From positions 9,285,517 to 9,348,994 of the forward strand of contig NC_068986.1 in the NCBI RefSeq assembly GCF_001194135.2: DNA of 63,478 nucleotides. The letters are read 5' to 3'. The position numbers were made by a program, and so were the translations under genes. Of the stretch, positions 25,191 to 38,706 are shown piece by piece (position 1 is the stretch's first letter; each line of letters opens with the position of its first letter). This DNA comes from Octopus bimaculoides (Eukaryota). The notes below the pieces were generated by a model. The model saw only the letters and a list, made by a program, of their open reading frames with translations. It was not told the origin of the DNA and did not search any database.

Positions 25191-26953
25191 TAATAGTTTC
25201 AAATTCTGGCACAAGGGGAAGGAGGTGGTCAGTTACATAGACACCAGTGACCTGCTGGTACTTAATTTATTAGCACCAAAAGGGATGAAAGGTAAAGTCA
25301 ACTTTGATGGAATTTGAATTCAGAGGACGAAACAGCAGTAAGCATTTTGACCATGTGTTAAGGATTCTGTCGGAACTAATCAACACCCACTCAAAATTGC
25401 TTTTATGACTTAACCAAGGGGAAGAAGAGGGGGAGTCAGAGGAAGGACAAAAAGAGAGAGAGAGAGAGAGAGAGAGTGTGTGAGGTGGAGGTAGTTTTAA
25501 GGGGAGGATAGTGAGAGAAGCAAAAGTTGATCAACAGACAAGCAGTGGTAGAGGGATGGTAATGATATAAGACATAGTCGGTGGGGTGGTTGTGGTGTGA
25601 AAGAATAAGTAGCTGTTTACACAGACACTCCTCTTGTCCTTGACACACACACGTTATCTTCAACATCTCTCTTACACATACAAACACAGGCTTGGTTATC
25701 TGACAATCACCTGATGATTAGACCAATTTTTGATGCATGTAAGCATGCAAAAGAGCTCTAAACGATGATGATGATGATGGTATTCTCATTCACTTTTCTG
25801 TCCCTGTATGGAACAGAGGAAGTTTGTTGAGGGACACTCTTTTTTTTATGGTTGGATGATCTTGTTGCCAACCCTCACCAGTTATCAAGCAAGGAAATCT
25901 TTTTCCTTGGTCCTTTCAACAGAAACAGCAGAACTACTGGACATGTTTTACATGGAAAATTGTGAACAGGAGTGGTTGTGTGGTAAGAAGTTTTCTTCCC
26001 ACCCAGAGTTCAATCCTACTGTGTGGTACCTTGAACAAGTGTCTTCTACTATAGCCTTGGGACAACCAAAACCTTGTGAATGAATTTGGTAGATGGAAAC
26101 TGAAAGAAGCCCGTTGTACATATCCAAGTGTGTGTCTTTGTGTTTGTCCCTCACTTGACAACTGGTGTTTGTTTATTTATGTCCCCATAATTTAGCAGTT
26201 CAGCAAAAGGGACTAAGAGAATAAGTACCAGACTTGAAAAGTACTGGGGTCAATTCAGTTGACTAAAAGTTCTTCAAGGCGGTGCCCCAGCATGGTCGCA
26301 ATCTAATGACTGAAACAAATAAAAACATAGGAGTGGCTACCGACCACATGGTTCCAGGTTCAGTCCTACTGCGTGGTACCTTGGGCAAATGTCTTCTACT
26401 ATAACCTTGGGCCGACCAAAACCTTGAGTGGATTTGGTAGATGGAAACTGAAAGAAGCCTGTCGTATATATATATGTGTATGTTTGTATGTGTGTGTGTA
26501 TACGTTTGTCTGTCTGTCCCCCCAACATCGCTTGATAACCGATACTGGTGTGTTTATGGCCCTGTAACTTAGCAGTTCGGCAAAAGAAACTGACAGGAAG
26601 ATTAGGCTTACACAGGATAAGTCCTGGGGTTGATTTGCTCGACTAAAGGTGGTGCTCCAGCATGGTCACAGTCAAATGACTGAAACAAGTAAAAGAATAA
26701 GTGTCTTTGTCATCCCCCACCCCACATGACAGCAGTGTTGGTTTATTCACATTCCCATAATTTAGCAATTCAGCAAGAGAGATTAATAGAATAAGCACCA
26801 GGCTTAAAGAAAAAGTGCTGGGGTTAATTTGTTGAAGTAAAACCTTTCACGATCGTACATTGTTGACAATTAATGCACGTCAAGAAGACACAGAAATACA
26901 CATACATACATACAAGAATGCATGCATATATACACATGCGTATGTGATGGCTA

Positions 26954-27325
26954 GTGGAGGCGCAATGGCCCAGTAGTTAGGGCAGCGGACTCGCGGTTTC
27001 GATTCCCAGACCGGGAGGCATTGTGAGTGTTTATTGAGCGAAAACACCTAAAGCTCCACGAGGCTCCGGCAGGGGATGGTGGAGAACCCTGCTGTACTCT
27101 TCCACCACAATTTTCTCTCACTCTTACTTCCTGTTTCTGTTGTGCTTGTAATTCAAAGGGTCAGCCTTGTCACACTGTGTCACGCTGAATATACCCGAGA
27201 ACTACATTAAGGGTACACGTGTCTGTGGAGTGCTCAGCCACTTGCACGTTAATTTCATGAGCAGGCTGTTCCGTTGATCGGATCAACTGGAACCCTCGAT
27301 GTCGTAAGTGACGGAGTGTCAACAC
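26954..27325 (+). mobile_element. SINE head C plus tail T5; second copy at 36824-37138
   Basis: tRNA-like head gtggaggcgcaatggcccagtagttagggcagcggac...ttcgattcc; the two copies are highly similar. Confidence 0.9.
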
Positions 27326-28299
27326 AAATGTGATGGCTGCAACTTAACTTTTGATTGTTCTCTTAAATACGAACAACATGGATGGAGCTTTTCAGTCCTG
27401 CTAGCTTCTTAACTTTTTCTCACAGATGTGACAACAATGGGTGTCGCTTGTTGTAGCTGTTACAATCCTGTATCAGTGAACCTTCACCTAATAATTCAGT
27501 CTGCCTCCTGATACACATTCTTTTCCATACACCCTGCAAGTAGATATGCTGTATAATCTTTTCTACTCTAAGCACAAGGCCTGAAATTTTGGGGGAGGGG
27601 GGGCAGTCGATTAGATCGACCCTAGTATGCAACTGGTATTTAATTTATAGATATGCTGTATAATGCATAGTTAACATCATCCCTGTGTGTGTGTAGCTCT
27701 TCTGGTGATTTCTAAGCTTTGCCTTACTTAGTCAGACACACTCACCCTCATTGCATTTTGAATTGGGCAACATACTCGTTACCCCACCTTACAAACATCT
27801 CTTTTGGGCTGTTCATGTATACATATAAGATGCAGGCATGGGTCGGATGGTATGACCGGGCTGGCACACTGCACCAGACTCGTCTGATTTGGCATGGTTT
27901 TCTACAGCTGGATGCCCTTCCTAATGCCAACCACTCCAAGGGTGCAATGGGTGCTTTTACGTGCCACCAGCATGGGTGCCATTTGCATGACACCAGTATC
28001 TGCCATGTGATTGATACACATTTATATAAAACATAGGATACCTGAAACATGTTTAATTATGATAACTAGTTATGTAAAAGCCTTAGCTGTGGAGATTACA
28101 GATGATGTGAAAACATGTTTGTTCTTTTAATGGAAAATAGGGAATTTTACAGAAATGTTTTGGGATAATTGTCCCTCTTCAAGAGATGTACCACTGTTCT
28201 TTGGCCACAAAGGGAACTATGAATCTAAATTGCTATATATAGCTGTAGATGTGAAGATGTAACATTAACAGTCATTGTGATATGCATATTATACATTAA

Positions 28300-28499
28300 C
28301 CCTTTTGATACCAACCCGCCTGAAATTGCCCCTGTAGTACAAATATCTTGTTTTCAAAAGTTCCAAATTAAAATTTTCCTTCAAACCTTAGTCACAATTT
28401 ATGTTCCTAACATTAGCTTAATTATAACTAAGTTATTTTACTAAATTCTTTGTTATATTTTAAATTAATTGAAAGAAACACAGTTTGGTAACAAAACGG
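28300..28499. mobile_element. piggyBac MITE (about 220-bp family)
   Basis: TTAA-CCCTTTTGATACC ... GGTAACAAAACGG-TTAA; same family as the 41.5-kb and 52.9-kb copies. Confidence 0.85.
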
Positions 28500-29106
28500 T
28501 TAATCAGCCATGTGGTGATTAGCTAACATCTTACTTCCAAATTGGTTTGCTAATTAGTTATCTCTTCCCATGTCCTCTGTTGCTATGAACTAGCCCGTTT
28601 ATTATGCCCTGCAACCAAACCCACCTCCAAAATACTGCTCTAAACATTTTATGATGATGATGATGATGATGTTCCTTCTCAAATTAATTCCTAGCTAATC
28701 TATACTCTCCTGTTTCTCCTATTAATCCTCAAATGTTCACAATGAACACCATCTCATTAATCTGGGAAGATCTGCAGACATCAGGGATTTGCAAGCTTCT
28801 CTCTCTGGCTGTTGATAAAAGCAAGACATGGCACAAAACACTGAGTCAATGTTGCTAGAAAATAAAACATACGTTTGGTGGTTTACTCATCATAAATCAG
28901 ATTCGAGATGAAAACATGAGATTCACACCATGATGTGCTCATCATCCTAATGGTCTTTTATTATTTGACTGCTTTCAATCACTGAAATATGGCCATGACA
29001 GGAGTATTGTTGTCAAGGGCTTTTAGTCAATCACTTCAATCCAAGGATTCATTTGCTTTTGGTTTCCTGAAAGGTTTATTGTTCATGACAACAGAACACC
29101 ATACCA

Positions 29107-29143
<37 letters not shown>

Positions 29144-29332
29144 AAAAAACAAATAGTAAATGAGTATATGCATATATACGTACATACCGACATCCACCTA
29201 TATGTATAGGTGCATATCTGGGTACAGGACATTGCAAACATAACATAGACGAGAAAACACACAAGCCACATAGAGAACATTCTTCTTCATCAGCTACCCC
29301 CGTTTTAACACCGGCGTTTCGAAGAGCTGGGC

Positions 29333-29364
<32 letters not shown>

Positions 29365-29504
29365 TGGCTCATGCAGTTTCATTTTTAAGACATCATTGAT
29401 CAGCCCATGGCTAGAACAGAAGATACTTGTCAAGGAGCTGTGTAACAGAATTGAACCTCGAACTCTGTGGTTGCTAGCGAACTTCTTAACCACCTCACAG
29501 CCAT

Positions 29505-29719
29505 ATTTATTTCTTTGTCACAGGGGGCTAAACAAGGACAGACAAAGGGATTAAGTCGATTACATCGACCCCAGTGCGTAACTGGTACTTATTTAATCGA
29601 CCCTGAAAGGATGAAAGGCAAAGTCGACCTTGGTGGAATTTGAACTCGGAATATAACGGCAGACGAAATACTGCTAAGCATTTCACTCGGCGTGCTAACG
29701 ATTCTGCCAGCTCACAACC
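29505..29719 (-). mobile_element. SINE head A plus tail T1
   Basis: Reverse complement aligns along its length with 50515-50734. Confidence 0.88.
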
Positions 29720-29949
29720 ATATTGTTGCACCCATTTCTTTTGTTTCCTATTTCCTGTGATTTGCATCTAAATCGAGAAAGAGTGTATTAGTCCAAGTGA
29801 AAAATGATTAAATTGCAGCCACATTTATATCAATATTCGGAAAAGTAGAGTTAAAGGGGCAAATGTTGATAAGTAGACAGATACATAGCATGTATGCATC
29901 TACTTGAACCTTCAGTCAACTTTATAGTCAGTCGTGATAGAATGTAAAA

Positions 29950-32900
29950 TAATTTTTCTATGAATTAATTTTATTTTTTGAGACAGAGGAAGCAATATTT
30001 TGCGCACGAATAATAACAGTATTATTCAACATTGCACCAGTTAATTAAACATCAACGTAAACAGAGAGTTTATGTTAGAATTAAGTTTACGAAATGTTAT
30101 TGCGTTTACAAGCACCACAGAATTCGGTAAGAGAAAGTGTTGTAGGCAGGACCGTCTTGACAGCGTAGATAGATCAGAATTAGGCCCCTGGACAAACTGC
30201 TGTGTCCACGACTTTAGATGAGCTGGCTGTAAGCACACTGGAAGAGTCAAAGAGACACTGGAAAAAGTAATAACACAGTACCTGGTTGTAATGGTGCCTT
30301 TAAAACTTGGTCTCACAGTAGAACTGTTTTACATGCAAATGATTTAACAGTGATTGCCAAGAAGCGAGCACCAGGCGTCTAAGACTGACAATAATCGATA
30401 TACTGTAACAAATCATATAACTACGTGGCCAATGAGTGTAACAGGAAGATGATAAAGTTTTCCTGGAAAGTGAAATCTTTTAAGAAACTAGTAAATTCGG
30501 TTCTGTAATCAGCATGAGCACAAGGAATACAGTGCTAATGTAGATTCGCACCTCACTTTTTCTGAAAAAGTTTACATGTCGGAGATTACAAATATGCAAA
30601 AAAAAAAAAAAAAAAATCACGCGTCCAATGTATTGTTATTTATCAAAGTGTGGAAATTTCATTAAAGCAGGGTAGTATGTAGCGTGGGAAAATACGAGGA
30701 TTTTAACAATACAGAAACAAATTTCCACAGTCTAGCCCAATGAACATAGAAAGTGTACTTTACATACCTGCTTTAATAAAAATTTCCACACTTCAATATA
30801 GAATACATTTAAAAATGGTGGAGGAGGGGGTTTAAAATTTTGAAAAGTCTTTTCTGAAAAATGCAAGGTGAGGTGCGAATCTGCATTAGTCCCAGGAATA
30901 AGATTGCAGCGTCGTATTTTGCAAGGTAGAGTCTCACGCATTTATAGGCAAAACATACATTGGGGGGAAAAACTGCACGTGAAAATAGTGCCCGAGTTTA
31001 ATGAACAATAAAACTGCGTTAGGAAATACAACAGGAACACAATGAGGTGTTCACGTGACTTCTTTGTTTACATAGCAACGTGATAAGACATCATGGTGCG
31101 CATGAAGAATTTCGTGGCCCTCAATTATGTAATCGTACACATACAAAATATCGAGAATAGACGCGGAGAAAAATGCAATGTGATCATAGTTAGCAATGAA
31201 TAATCTTAAACCGTACCTCATAATTCTAAAAACAACTAAATCATGATCTAGAATAAGTGTCGAGTTTATATGTATATTTTTTATTTCTACTGCAATGGAT
31301 ATAAAAAGTTCTGCAAGTTTCATCTTCGGTTCCAGAGGCAATAGAATACCATTATCGCTACAGAAAAGGAAAACAGACACGCAACTGCCCTTCTTCCGAC
31401 AGAACGTATCTCCGTGTGAATTCCTTTGCTACAATTTCCAAAGATGCCTAAATAAAACGTCAGTGTACATTTTCATTGTATTTTTTTTTTACCATTATCC
31501 AGTCTTATATTCTTGTGTTTATTAGGTATTTCATCAATACAACTGAAAATTCCAGATTATCTAAAAGTTAAAACGTCATAAAGTAAATCAAAACAACGAC
31601 ACTGAATAAAAATTGATTATTATTATTCATATTTTCAGAAATACAACCAGATACCAATTTAAAGCATTTACCTTTTTTTTTAACATTAGAAACAAATGGT
31701 ATATTAATCGAGTAAATATGCTCCATTATAGTCAAAGCCACACAAGATTAGATTCAGTTTCAAAATAAGAGCGATGTCTAACAAGAGAGATTTCGAAATT
31801 AACCGGTCCGGCTGAAAATGTGGCAATAATTGCAGAGGTGAAATGTGAGTGCGCATGTGCTACTGTTTAAGTAGCGAGCACTGACTATATAAGGAAGCCT
31901 GTACATGAAATAACCATAGTATTGGTATTGACTATCTAATTCGAAATAAAATGTTTAATTGATATATTAATTATCATATTTCTCGGATTAATCATCCTGT
32001 TTCTTACATCTATTTTGAATTGATAACGATCAATGTAAATTTTTCGGGATTCCAATGTTTTAAAGTGTATAATATTATACTTCGAGGCACTCGTAAAAAT
32101 AACTAATAACAGGTATATTTTGTGAACCGTAAGCTTTTGTTACTTACTTGGTTAATGGCGCCCAGGTGTGGCTGACGCGTATTTTAGATCCCACCCATAA
32201 CAAGGAACTTAATTGTACCAAGTGATACTCTTAACCGTTTCCAGTTTGAAATTGTGAAAAACTCTGGTCAAATGTAAGTTATATTCACTTCATTAATCAT
32301 TGCTATCTATTCAGCGCATGTTTGGTGTCTTCTCTCCTATTATAACATCCTAATTCGCACTTCTTCCTTGGGCCTCAATAATTTACCTTATCACTCAAAA
32401 AATTAATTTTCTGACGCAATATATCCTATATTAGTTGATTTTCATTTATTGTTCATGTTTGTTATAGTTGTTACAGTTTGGTATTCATAAACGGTAGCGG
32501 CAATACTCCGTAATTAATAATTATAAATACTCGCTAAAAGTAATGATTGAATTTTTTTTAAAATTTTCATTTTTAGCATTTCAAATTCTTTGACGGTCGA
32601 TATTGGATCTTTTTATTACTTGACAGAACTTATTAACCACTAACAAGCGATAATTCCTGTTATTAGCTCTAAAACATGTTCGGTTGCGACTAAGAAGCCG
32701 ACAACCACTTGCCTCGCTGTTAATTCAAGATGCCTTCGACTCCTTTTTTCTTACATTAAAAACATCGGCAAGAAAGAACCCCAGAAGTTTCCCGTCTTTT
32801 CAACAATTACTTTTTGATATTATCATTAAATCCTATCTTTGATGACTTCGGTAACCGAATGATGTTTTAGTAGAAATGTTAAGTGCATGTTGGTTTTGAA

Positions 32901-33700
32901 AACATTGCCATAGCAGGAAATAGCGGAATATTTGAAGAACACGGCTCACCTGATGGAACTAAATTGGATCCAGTGTCTGAGTTGAATCTAAAAGATTCAT
33001 ATTTAATGTCTTAATCTCTATAGATCTGTAAAATCAATAGAAATTATATGACGTTTATTGTAAAATTATGTGAAATCTTAATTAGGCCTGTATATCTCTC
33101 ACAGTTTTGAAAGTTCTTTTATTTTTAATTAATTTTTTCAAAGAGTAAAACCAAATTATGGACTTTTATTTATCACCACTTTTGTTTATTAAACCAGAAT
33201 TTATAAAATTTATTGTAAACATTAATTATACAAATTATAATTCTTTACTGTTTTTACAGAACGTTAAATTCATTTACTTAATCAGGAATTATATCTAAAA
33301 TTGTTTTCCTTGCCATATTTAAAATTAAAACTAGATTAGGGACCAGAAAACCTTGATAAAGGGTTACTGATTCGTGGATAATATTTGGAGGGCTTCGTAT
33401 TCTGCTTTAGGAAACAAACAATAGAAAATAGTTATTGATCGTTAGTGTGACAGATGAATATATTTTGTAATTGTACCAAGTACATGACTTACGATATATC
33501 ATTAACAATCACTTCTGCTCGTTTGACCGGATCATGAGGTTCTTTATTGTTTGGTTAAAGTTGGCGGTTAACTTACCTCCTTTCTCTGGCTAGAATTATC
33601 AGATATATCAAAAAACAAACAGTAATTCGTAAATTTCTCCTAATAACGATTTCAGCAACAAACCTTTTATAAAAAAGATTCTTTTTTTCTTTTTGTTGTT
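29950..33700. promoter_or_regulatory. CpG-retaining, repeat-poor promoter-like island, possibly bidirectional
   Basis: TCACGTGAC E-box/CLEAR-like motif (31051-31059), RFX X-box-like GTTTACATAGCAAC (31066-31079), NRF1-like tgcgcatgtgc (31850-31860), TATATAAG (31886-31893), YY1-like aatggcg (32154-32160). Strong splice donors on both strands: plus 31845 and 32274; minus 32147, 32949 and 33576. Confidence 0.6.
30535..30889. repeat. 22-bp inverted repeat pair, probably an old MITE remnant
   Basis: ctaatgtagattcgcacctcac (30535-30556) against the reverse complement of 30868-30889: 21/22 match; no clear TSD. Confidence 0.55.
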
Positions 33701-34359
33701 GTTGCTGTTAATTAATTGTCCAATTTCATTTAGATTCATTCCAGTTTAGAAACGAACACTTTGATTTCTGTTTTGTTACCTAGCAACTATATCCACATGT
33801 TTATTGATTTCTTCACCTTAGAATTATAAGCGAAAACTGATATATTTGATTAACTAGTTTCAGGTTTGCCTTTCAACGCACAGACTACAAATAAGCTTAT
33901 ACTGATGACGACAATTAATGATTGTACAAATTTTATATTTTCCTATTAATTGAAAAGTAAGAGATTTGGAATCTAAAGCACTATTTAAAAATGATTTTTA
34001 ATTTGTGATTCTAAATATTCCAATCGCCAGTAACATCGAGTCAACGATGGAAACTCCGCATCTTGCTAGAAATAACAGCCAATTCACACTGCCATATTAA
34101 AAGGAAAAAAAAAATAGGACACATCGGTTAAGGTAGTGTATGTCTGAAAGTAAAACTGGATGGTCATGTCTGGAACTTCCATAGCCATTTATTTATTTGA
34201 TTAGGGCTGACTAAGGGGCTAAATAATTACTAACAAGATGAACAATTTGGTTTTAAGAAAAAACAGCCCCCCCCAATTTATTATTTAAAATGTCATATGT
34301 ATATGTGTACAATGTAAGACAAATTTCGTATGACTAAGGCACACTGTGTGTGTGTTTGT

Positions 34360-34403
34360 ACGATGACGGCGAGCAAACCGAAACTTCGAAGTCACTGACA
34401 ACC
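34360..34403 (+). ncRNA. Damaged minimal hammerhead motif
   Basis: (AC)GAUGA C GG-cgagcaaa-CC GAAAC-UUCGAA-GUC. Helix III is a perfect palindrome (ACTTCGAAGT), but the first two core bases and helix I are disrupted. Confidence 0.35.
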
Positions 34404-37400
34404 TTTTCCTTGTACTATATATTGAGTAATCCATCAGTTTAATGTGCCCCATATATATATATATATATATATANNNNNNNNNNNNNNNNNNNNNNNNNNN
34501 NNNNNNNNNNNNNNNNNNNNNNNNNNNNNNNNNNNNNNNNNNNNNNNNNNNNNNNNNNNNNNNNNNNNNNNNNNNNNNNNNNNNNNNNNNNNNNNNNNNN
34601 NNNNNNNNNNNNNNNNNNNNNNNNNNNNNNNNNNNNNNNNNNNNNNNNNNNNNNNNNNNNNNNNNNNNNNNNNNNNNNNNNNNNNNNNNNNNNNNNNNNN
34701 NNNNNNNNNNNNNNNNNNNNNNNNNNNNNNNNNNNNNNNNNNNNNNNNNNNNNNNNNNNNNNNNNNNNNNNNNNNNNNNNNNNNNNNNNNNNNNNNNNNN
34801 NNNNNNNNNNNNNNNNNNNNNNNNNNNNNNNNNNNNNNNNNNNNNNNNNNNNNNNNNNNNNNNNNNNNNNNNNNNNNNNNNNNNNNNNNNNNNNNNNNNN
34901 NNNNNNNNNNNNNNNNNNNNNNNNNNNNNNNNNNNNNNNNNNNNNNNNNNNNNNNNNNNNNNNNNNNNNNNNNNNNNNNNNNNNNNNNNNNNNNNNNNNN
35001 NNNNNNNNNNNNNNNNNNNNNNNNNNNNNNNNNNNNNNNNNNNNNNNNNNNNNNNNNNNNNNNNNNNNNNNNNNNNNNNNNNNNNNNNNNNNNNNNNNNN
35101 NNNNNNNNNNNNNNNNNNNNNNNNNNNNNNNNNNNNNNNNNNNNNNNNNNNNNNNNNNNNNNNNNNNNNNNNNNNNNNNNNNNNNNNNNNNNNNNNNNNN
35201 NNNNNNNNNNNNNNNNNNNNNNNNNNNNNNNNNNNNNNNNNNNNNNNNNNNNNNNNNNNNNNNNNNNNNNNNNNNNNNNNNNNNNNNNNNNNNNNNNNNN
35301 NNNNNNNNNNNNNNNNNNNNNNNNNNNNNNNNNNNNNNNNNNNNNNNNNNNNNNNNNNNNNNNNNNNNNNNNNNNNNNNNNNNNNNNNNNNNNNNNNNNN
35401 NNNNNNNNNNNNNNNNNNNNNNNNNNNNNNNNNNNNNNNNNNNNNNNNNNNNNNNNNNNNNNNNNTTTGCATCTATACCTATTATCGGTATAGATAATAG
35501 GTAAAGATGTGGATGGGAAAAATGTGGGTAGAGGGTGATGTGCCAGCAACCCTCTCCTCTTATTGTTTTACTAAGTAAACAACAACACAAATAATTACGC
35601 AGAGACAGCCATGGTTGAAACAAGAACAAGAACAACAAGCATTATTAAAAGAGAAAAGAAGCATGGTCATTCCTTGTCCAAGTGACCTTATCTTATCGCC
35701 CATCACTTGTTATGTGCTCATCAATTAGTTTGATAGTTGAGCTCTGGTTGGCTGTATGCAAATGAGTTCATAACTGGGGTCTGGAACTCATGTAGGAAAA
35801 ATAATTTTGCGTACCGAAGGCTACATTCAGTGTGTTCATTTTTCAGATAGGAAAGTGTGCTTTGAGGGATTGTTAGCTGTTATTTCTAGAAGGTCCTCTT
35901 CATTGGTCTAACAAAACCGTAAGTTGATGGATATGGTGAGTTATTCTAATTAAATGGTGGAATTTGTTAAATCATTTGTGAACTGATACCCTTTCATATC
36001 GACCATCCCAGCCCACTCACTATAGTCACCCTTCTGAACCTCAACATCTCCCTTTCCACTGCTCCTCCATCTTGCACAGCACCTCCCTACTTTCCCTTCA
36101 CTCCATATTATTTCTCATCACTTCCACCTTTGTTCATCGTTTGTTACATTCATCTCTACCCCCCCTCTCCAAACAGCTGTCACCCGGACCCACTGTCCAC
36201 CCCCTCTCTTTTGCTTATGTTCTTATACCATGAGAGTTTACCCAGTTCTCCATCTCTATCATCTCCTTATACTTTAGCTTCTCAACATAAAGCCACCTCC
36301 CTCCTCTCAAACCCCCCCCCCCGTTCCTGTTCTTTTTCTGTGTTGCATGTTACATGGTCACCTCACTAGTGCCAGTGCCCTGTAAAAAGTAACTGAGTAC
36401 ATTCTGTAAAGTTGTTGGTATTAGGAAAGGCATCTAGTTGTAGAAACCATGTTGAAGCTGACATTGAGAATCAGTATAGCTCTGCAACCCATTGGATCCT
36501 GTCAAACTATCCAATCCATGCCAGTATGGAAAACAGATGGTAAATGATGATTATGTCAAGAAATCAAAAATAGCCTTTAGAATTGAAATTAGATANNNNN
36601 NNNNNNNNNNNNNNNNNNNNNNNNNNNNNNNNNNNNNNNNNNNNNNNNNNNNNNNNNNNNNNNNNNNNNNNNNNNNNNNNNNNNNNNNNNNNNNNNNNNN
36701 NNNNNNNNNNNNNNNNNNNNNNNNNNNNNNNNNNNNNNNNNNNNNNNNNNNNNNNNNNNNNNNNNNNNNNNNNNNNNNNNNNNNNNNNNNNNNNNNNNNN
36801 NNNNNNNNNNNNNNNNNNNNNNNGCAGTTTCAATTCCCAGACCAGGCGTTGTGAGTGTTTATTGAGCGAAAACACTTAAAGCTCCACGAGGCTCCGGCAG
36901 GGGATGGTGGCGAATCCTGCTGTACTCTTCCACCACAACTTTCTCTCACTCTTACTTCCTGTTTCTGTTGTGCCTGTAATTCAAAGGGTCAGCCTTGTCA
37001 CACTGAATATCCCCGAGAACTACGTTAAGGGTACACGTGCCTGTGGAGTGCTCAGCCACTTGCACGTTAATTTCATGAGCAGGCTGTTCCGTTGATCGGA
37101 TCAACTGGAACCCTCGACGTCGTAAGCGACGGAGTGCCAGTTCATTAACCATTGAAACTGGTTTAATGTGTTCTACTGGTGCTACATAAAAAGCAGCCAG
37201 TCCACCCTCTGTAAAGTGGTTGGCACTGGGAAAGACATCCAACCACAGAAACCATGCCAAAACAGACAATTGGGACCTAGTGTAGCTCTCCAGCCTTGCC
37301 ACCCCCTGTCAAATTGTCCAATTCATGCCAGCATGGAAAATAGATGTTAAGTGATGGTGCTATTCAGTAATTCATTGTTGATTTACTTTTAACTGACCTG

Positions 37401-37575
37401 TTTCTAATTTCACCCCGCCCACCACATTATTATAGACCATCTTGAATAATTTTCTTTCACAGGCATAGTTATGTCAGTGATCTAAAATTAGTTGTTTCGA
37501 AACACTGTAAGCATACTTTTCGTTTCCTTACTTGCTTCTAGTCAGTGCTTATCAGAGAGCTAATTTTTCTTTGGC

Positions 37576-37606
<31 letters not shown>

Positions 37607-38380
37607 ATGCCTCGTCAAAATCAGATACTCTCTTGCTGAGATGGAAAATCTATTCAAGAAAAAATAAGTGGAGTTTGGCTAGTTTTATCAATTTCTGTTT
37701 GTATTTAGCTCTGTAAAGTTGATTTAACATTGTGTGCAGTTGAACGGCCTAGAAAAACGGTCTGTTTCATATAAATTCTCTCTCTTTTTTTTTTTTTTTT
37801 TTTTTTTNNNNNNNNNNTTTTTTTTTTTTTTTGTTTATTTGAGCTAATTATGATCATGGCTCTTATTCTAACAACAATAATATATAATTGAGCTAGCTAA
37901 TTAGTATTTATGCTGTTGATTAGGTATAATTTAATGGGTTGATAATTTATTTCATTAATCATTTTGTCATTTATGCTGGTGGAAGTGAGTTAGTGTAGGC
38001 GACACAAGTGATGGGTGAAATATGTAAGGGAGAGGCCTTTATCTGAAAATTAAAACAAATAGTTCACCAATACATATAGTATGTGACTAAAATACTATGG
38101 AGTGTTTGTGTGTGTGTGTGAGTACATGTGTCATTAGAAGCACCAGTTCATCAGATATGTCTTGTTTTGCATCCAATTGACCTGGCACCAGTGGCTTTCT
38201 GGTTGCTATCAACTGTTACTGAAACTTAACTTCGACACTGTTTTCTTTTATCTTTCATTTGTTTCAGTCATTAGACTGTGACCATGCTGCAGCACTGCTT
38301 TGAATAAATGACCTCGGTACATATTCTTATTCAGTCAGATACTTATTTGATCAGTCTCTTTTGCTGAATTGCTAAGTTAT

Positions 38381-38706
38381 GGGGGCGCATGGCTCAGTGG
38401 TTAGAGTGTCGAGCTTACGATCGTGAGGTTGTGAGTTCGAATCCAGGACCGGGCTGCGTGTTGTGTTCTTGAGCAAGACACTTTATTTCACGTGTCTCCA
38501 GTTTACTCAGCTGTTGCGATGTCACAGGTGCCAAGTTGTATCGGCCCCTTTACTTTTCCTTTGGATAACATCGGTGGCATGGAGAGGGGAGGCTGGTATG
38601 CATGGGCTACTACTGGTCTTCCATAAGCAATCTTACCCGGACTTGTGCCTGGGAGGGTAACTTTCTAGGTGCAATCCCATGGTCAGTCATGACTGAAGGG
38701 GGTCTC
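38381..38706 (+). mobile_element. SINE head D (CORE-like) nested in an antisense SINE B copy (about 38250-39090) that also holds an RTE tail
   Basis: A/B boxes tggctcagtgg and gagttcgaatcc; TSD-like tgggggcgca (38380-38389) / tgggggtgca (38709-38718); the host sequence resumes after the insert. Confidence 0.85.

Noticed and set aside
26954-27010. tRNA-like sequences here and at 38381, 50515 and 2265
   Set aside because: Each continues into a SINE body and lacks a complete cloverleaf, so they are SINE heads rather than tRNA genes.
30041-30316. 91-aa minus-strand ORF and nearby donors (30127 plus, 30280 minus)
   Set aside because: No recognisable protein and no consistent exon chain; more likely regulatory or UTR sequence.
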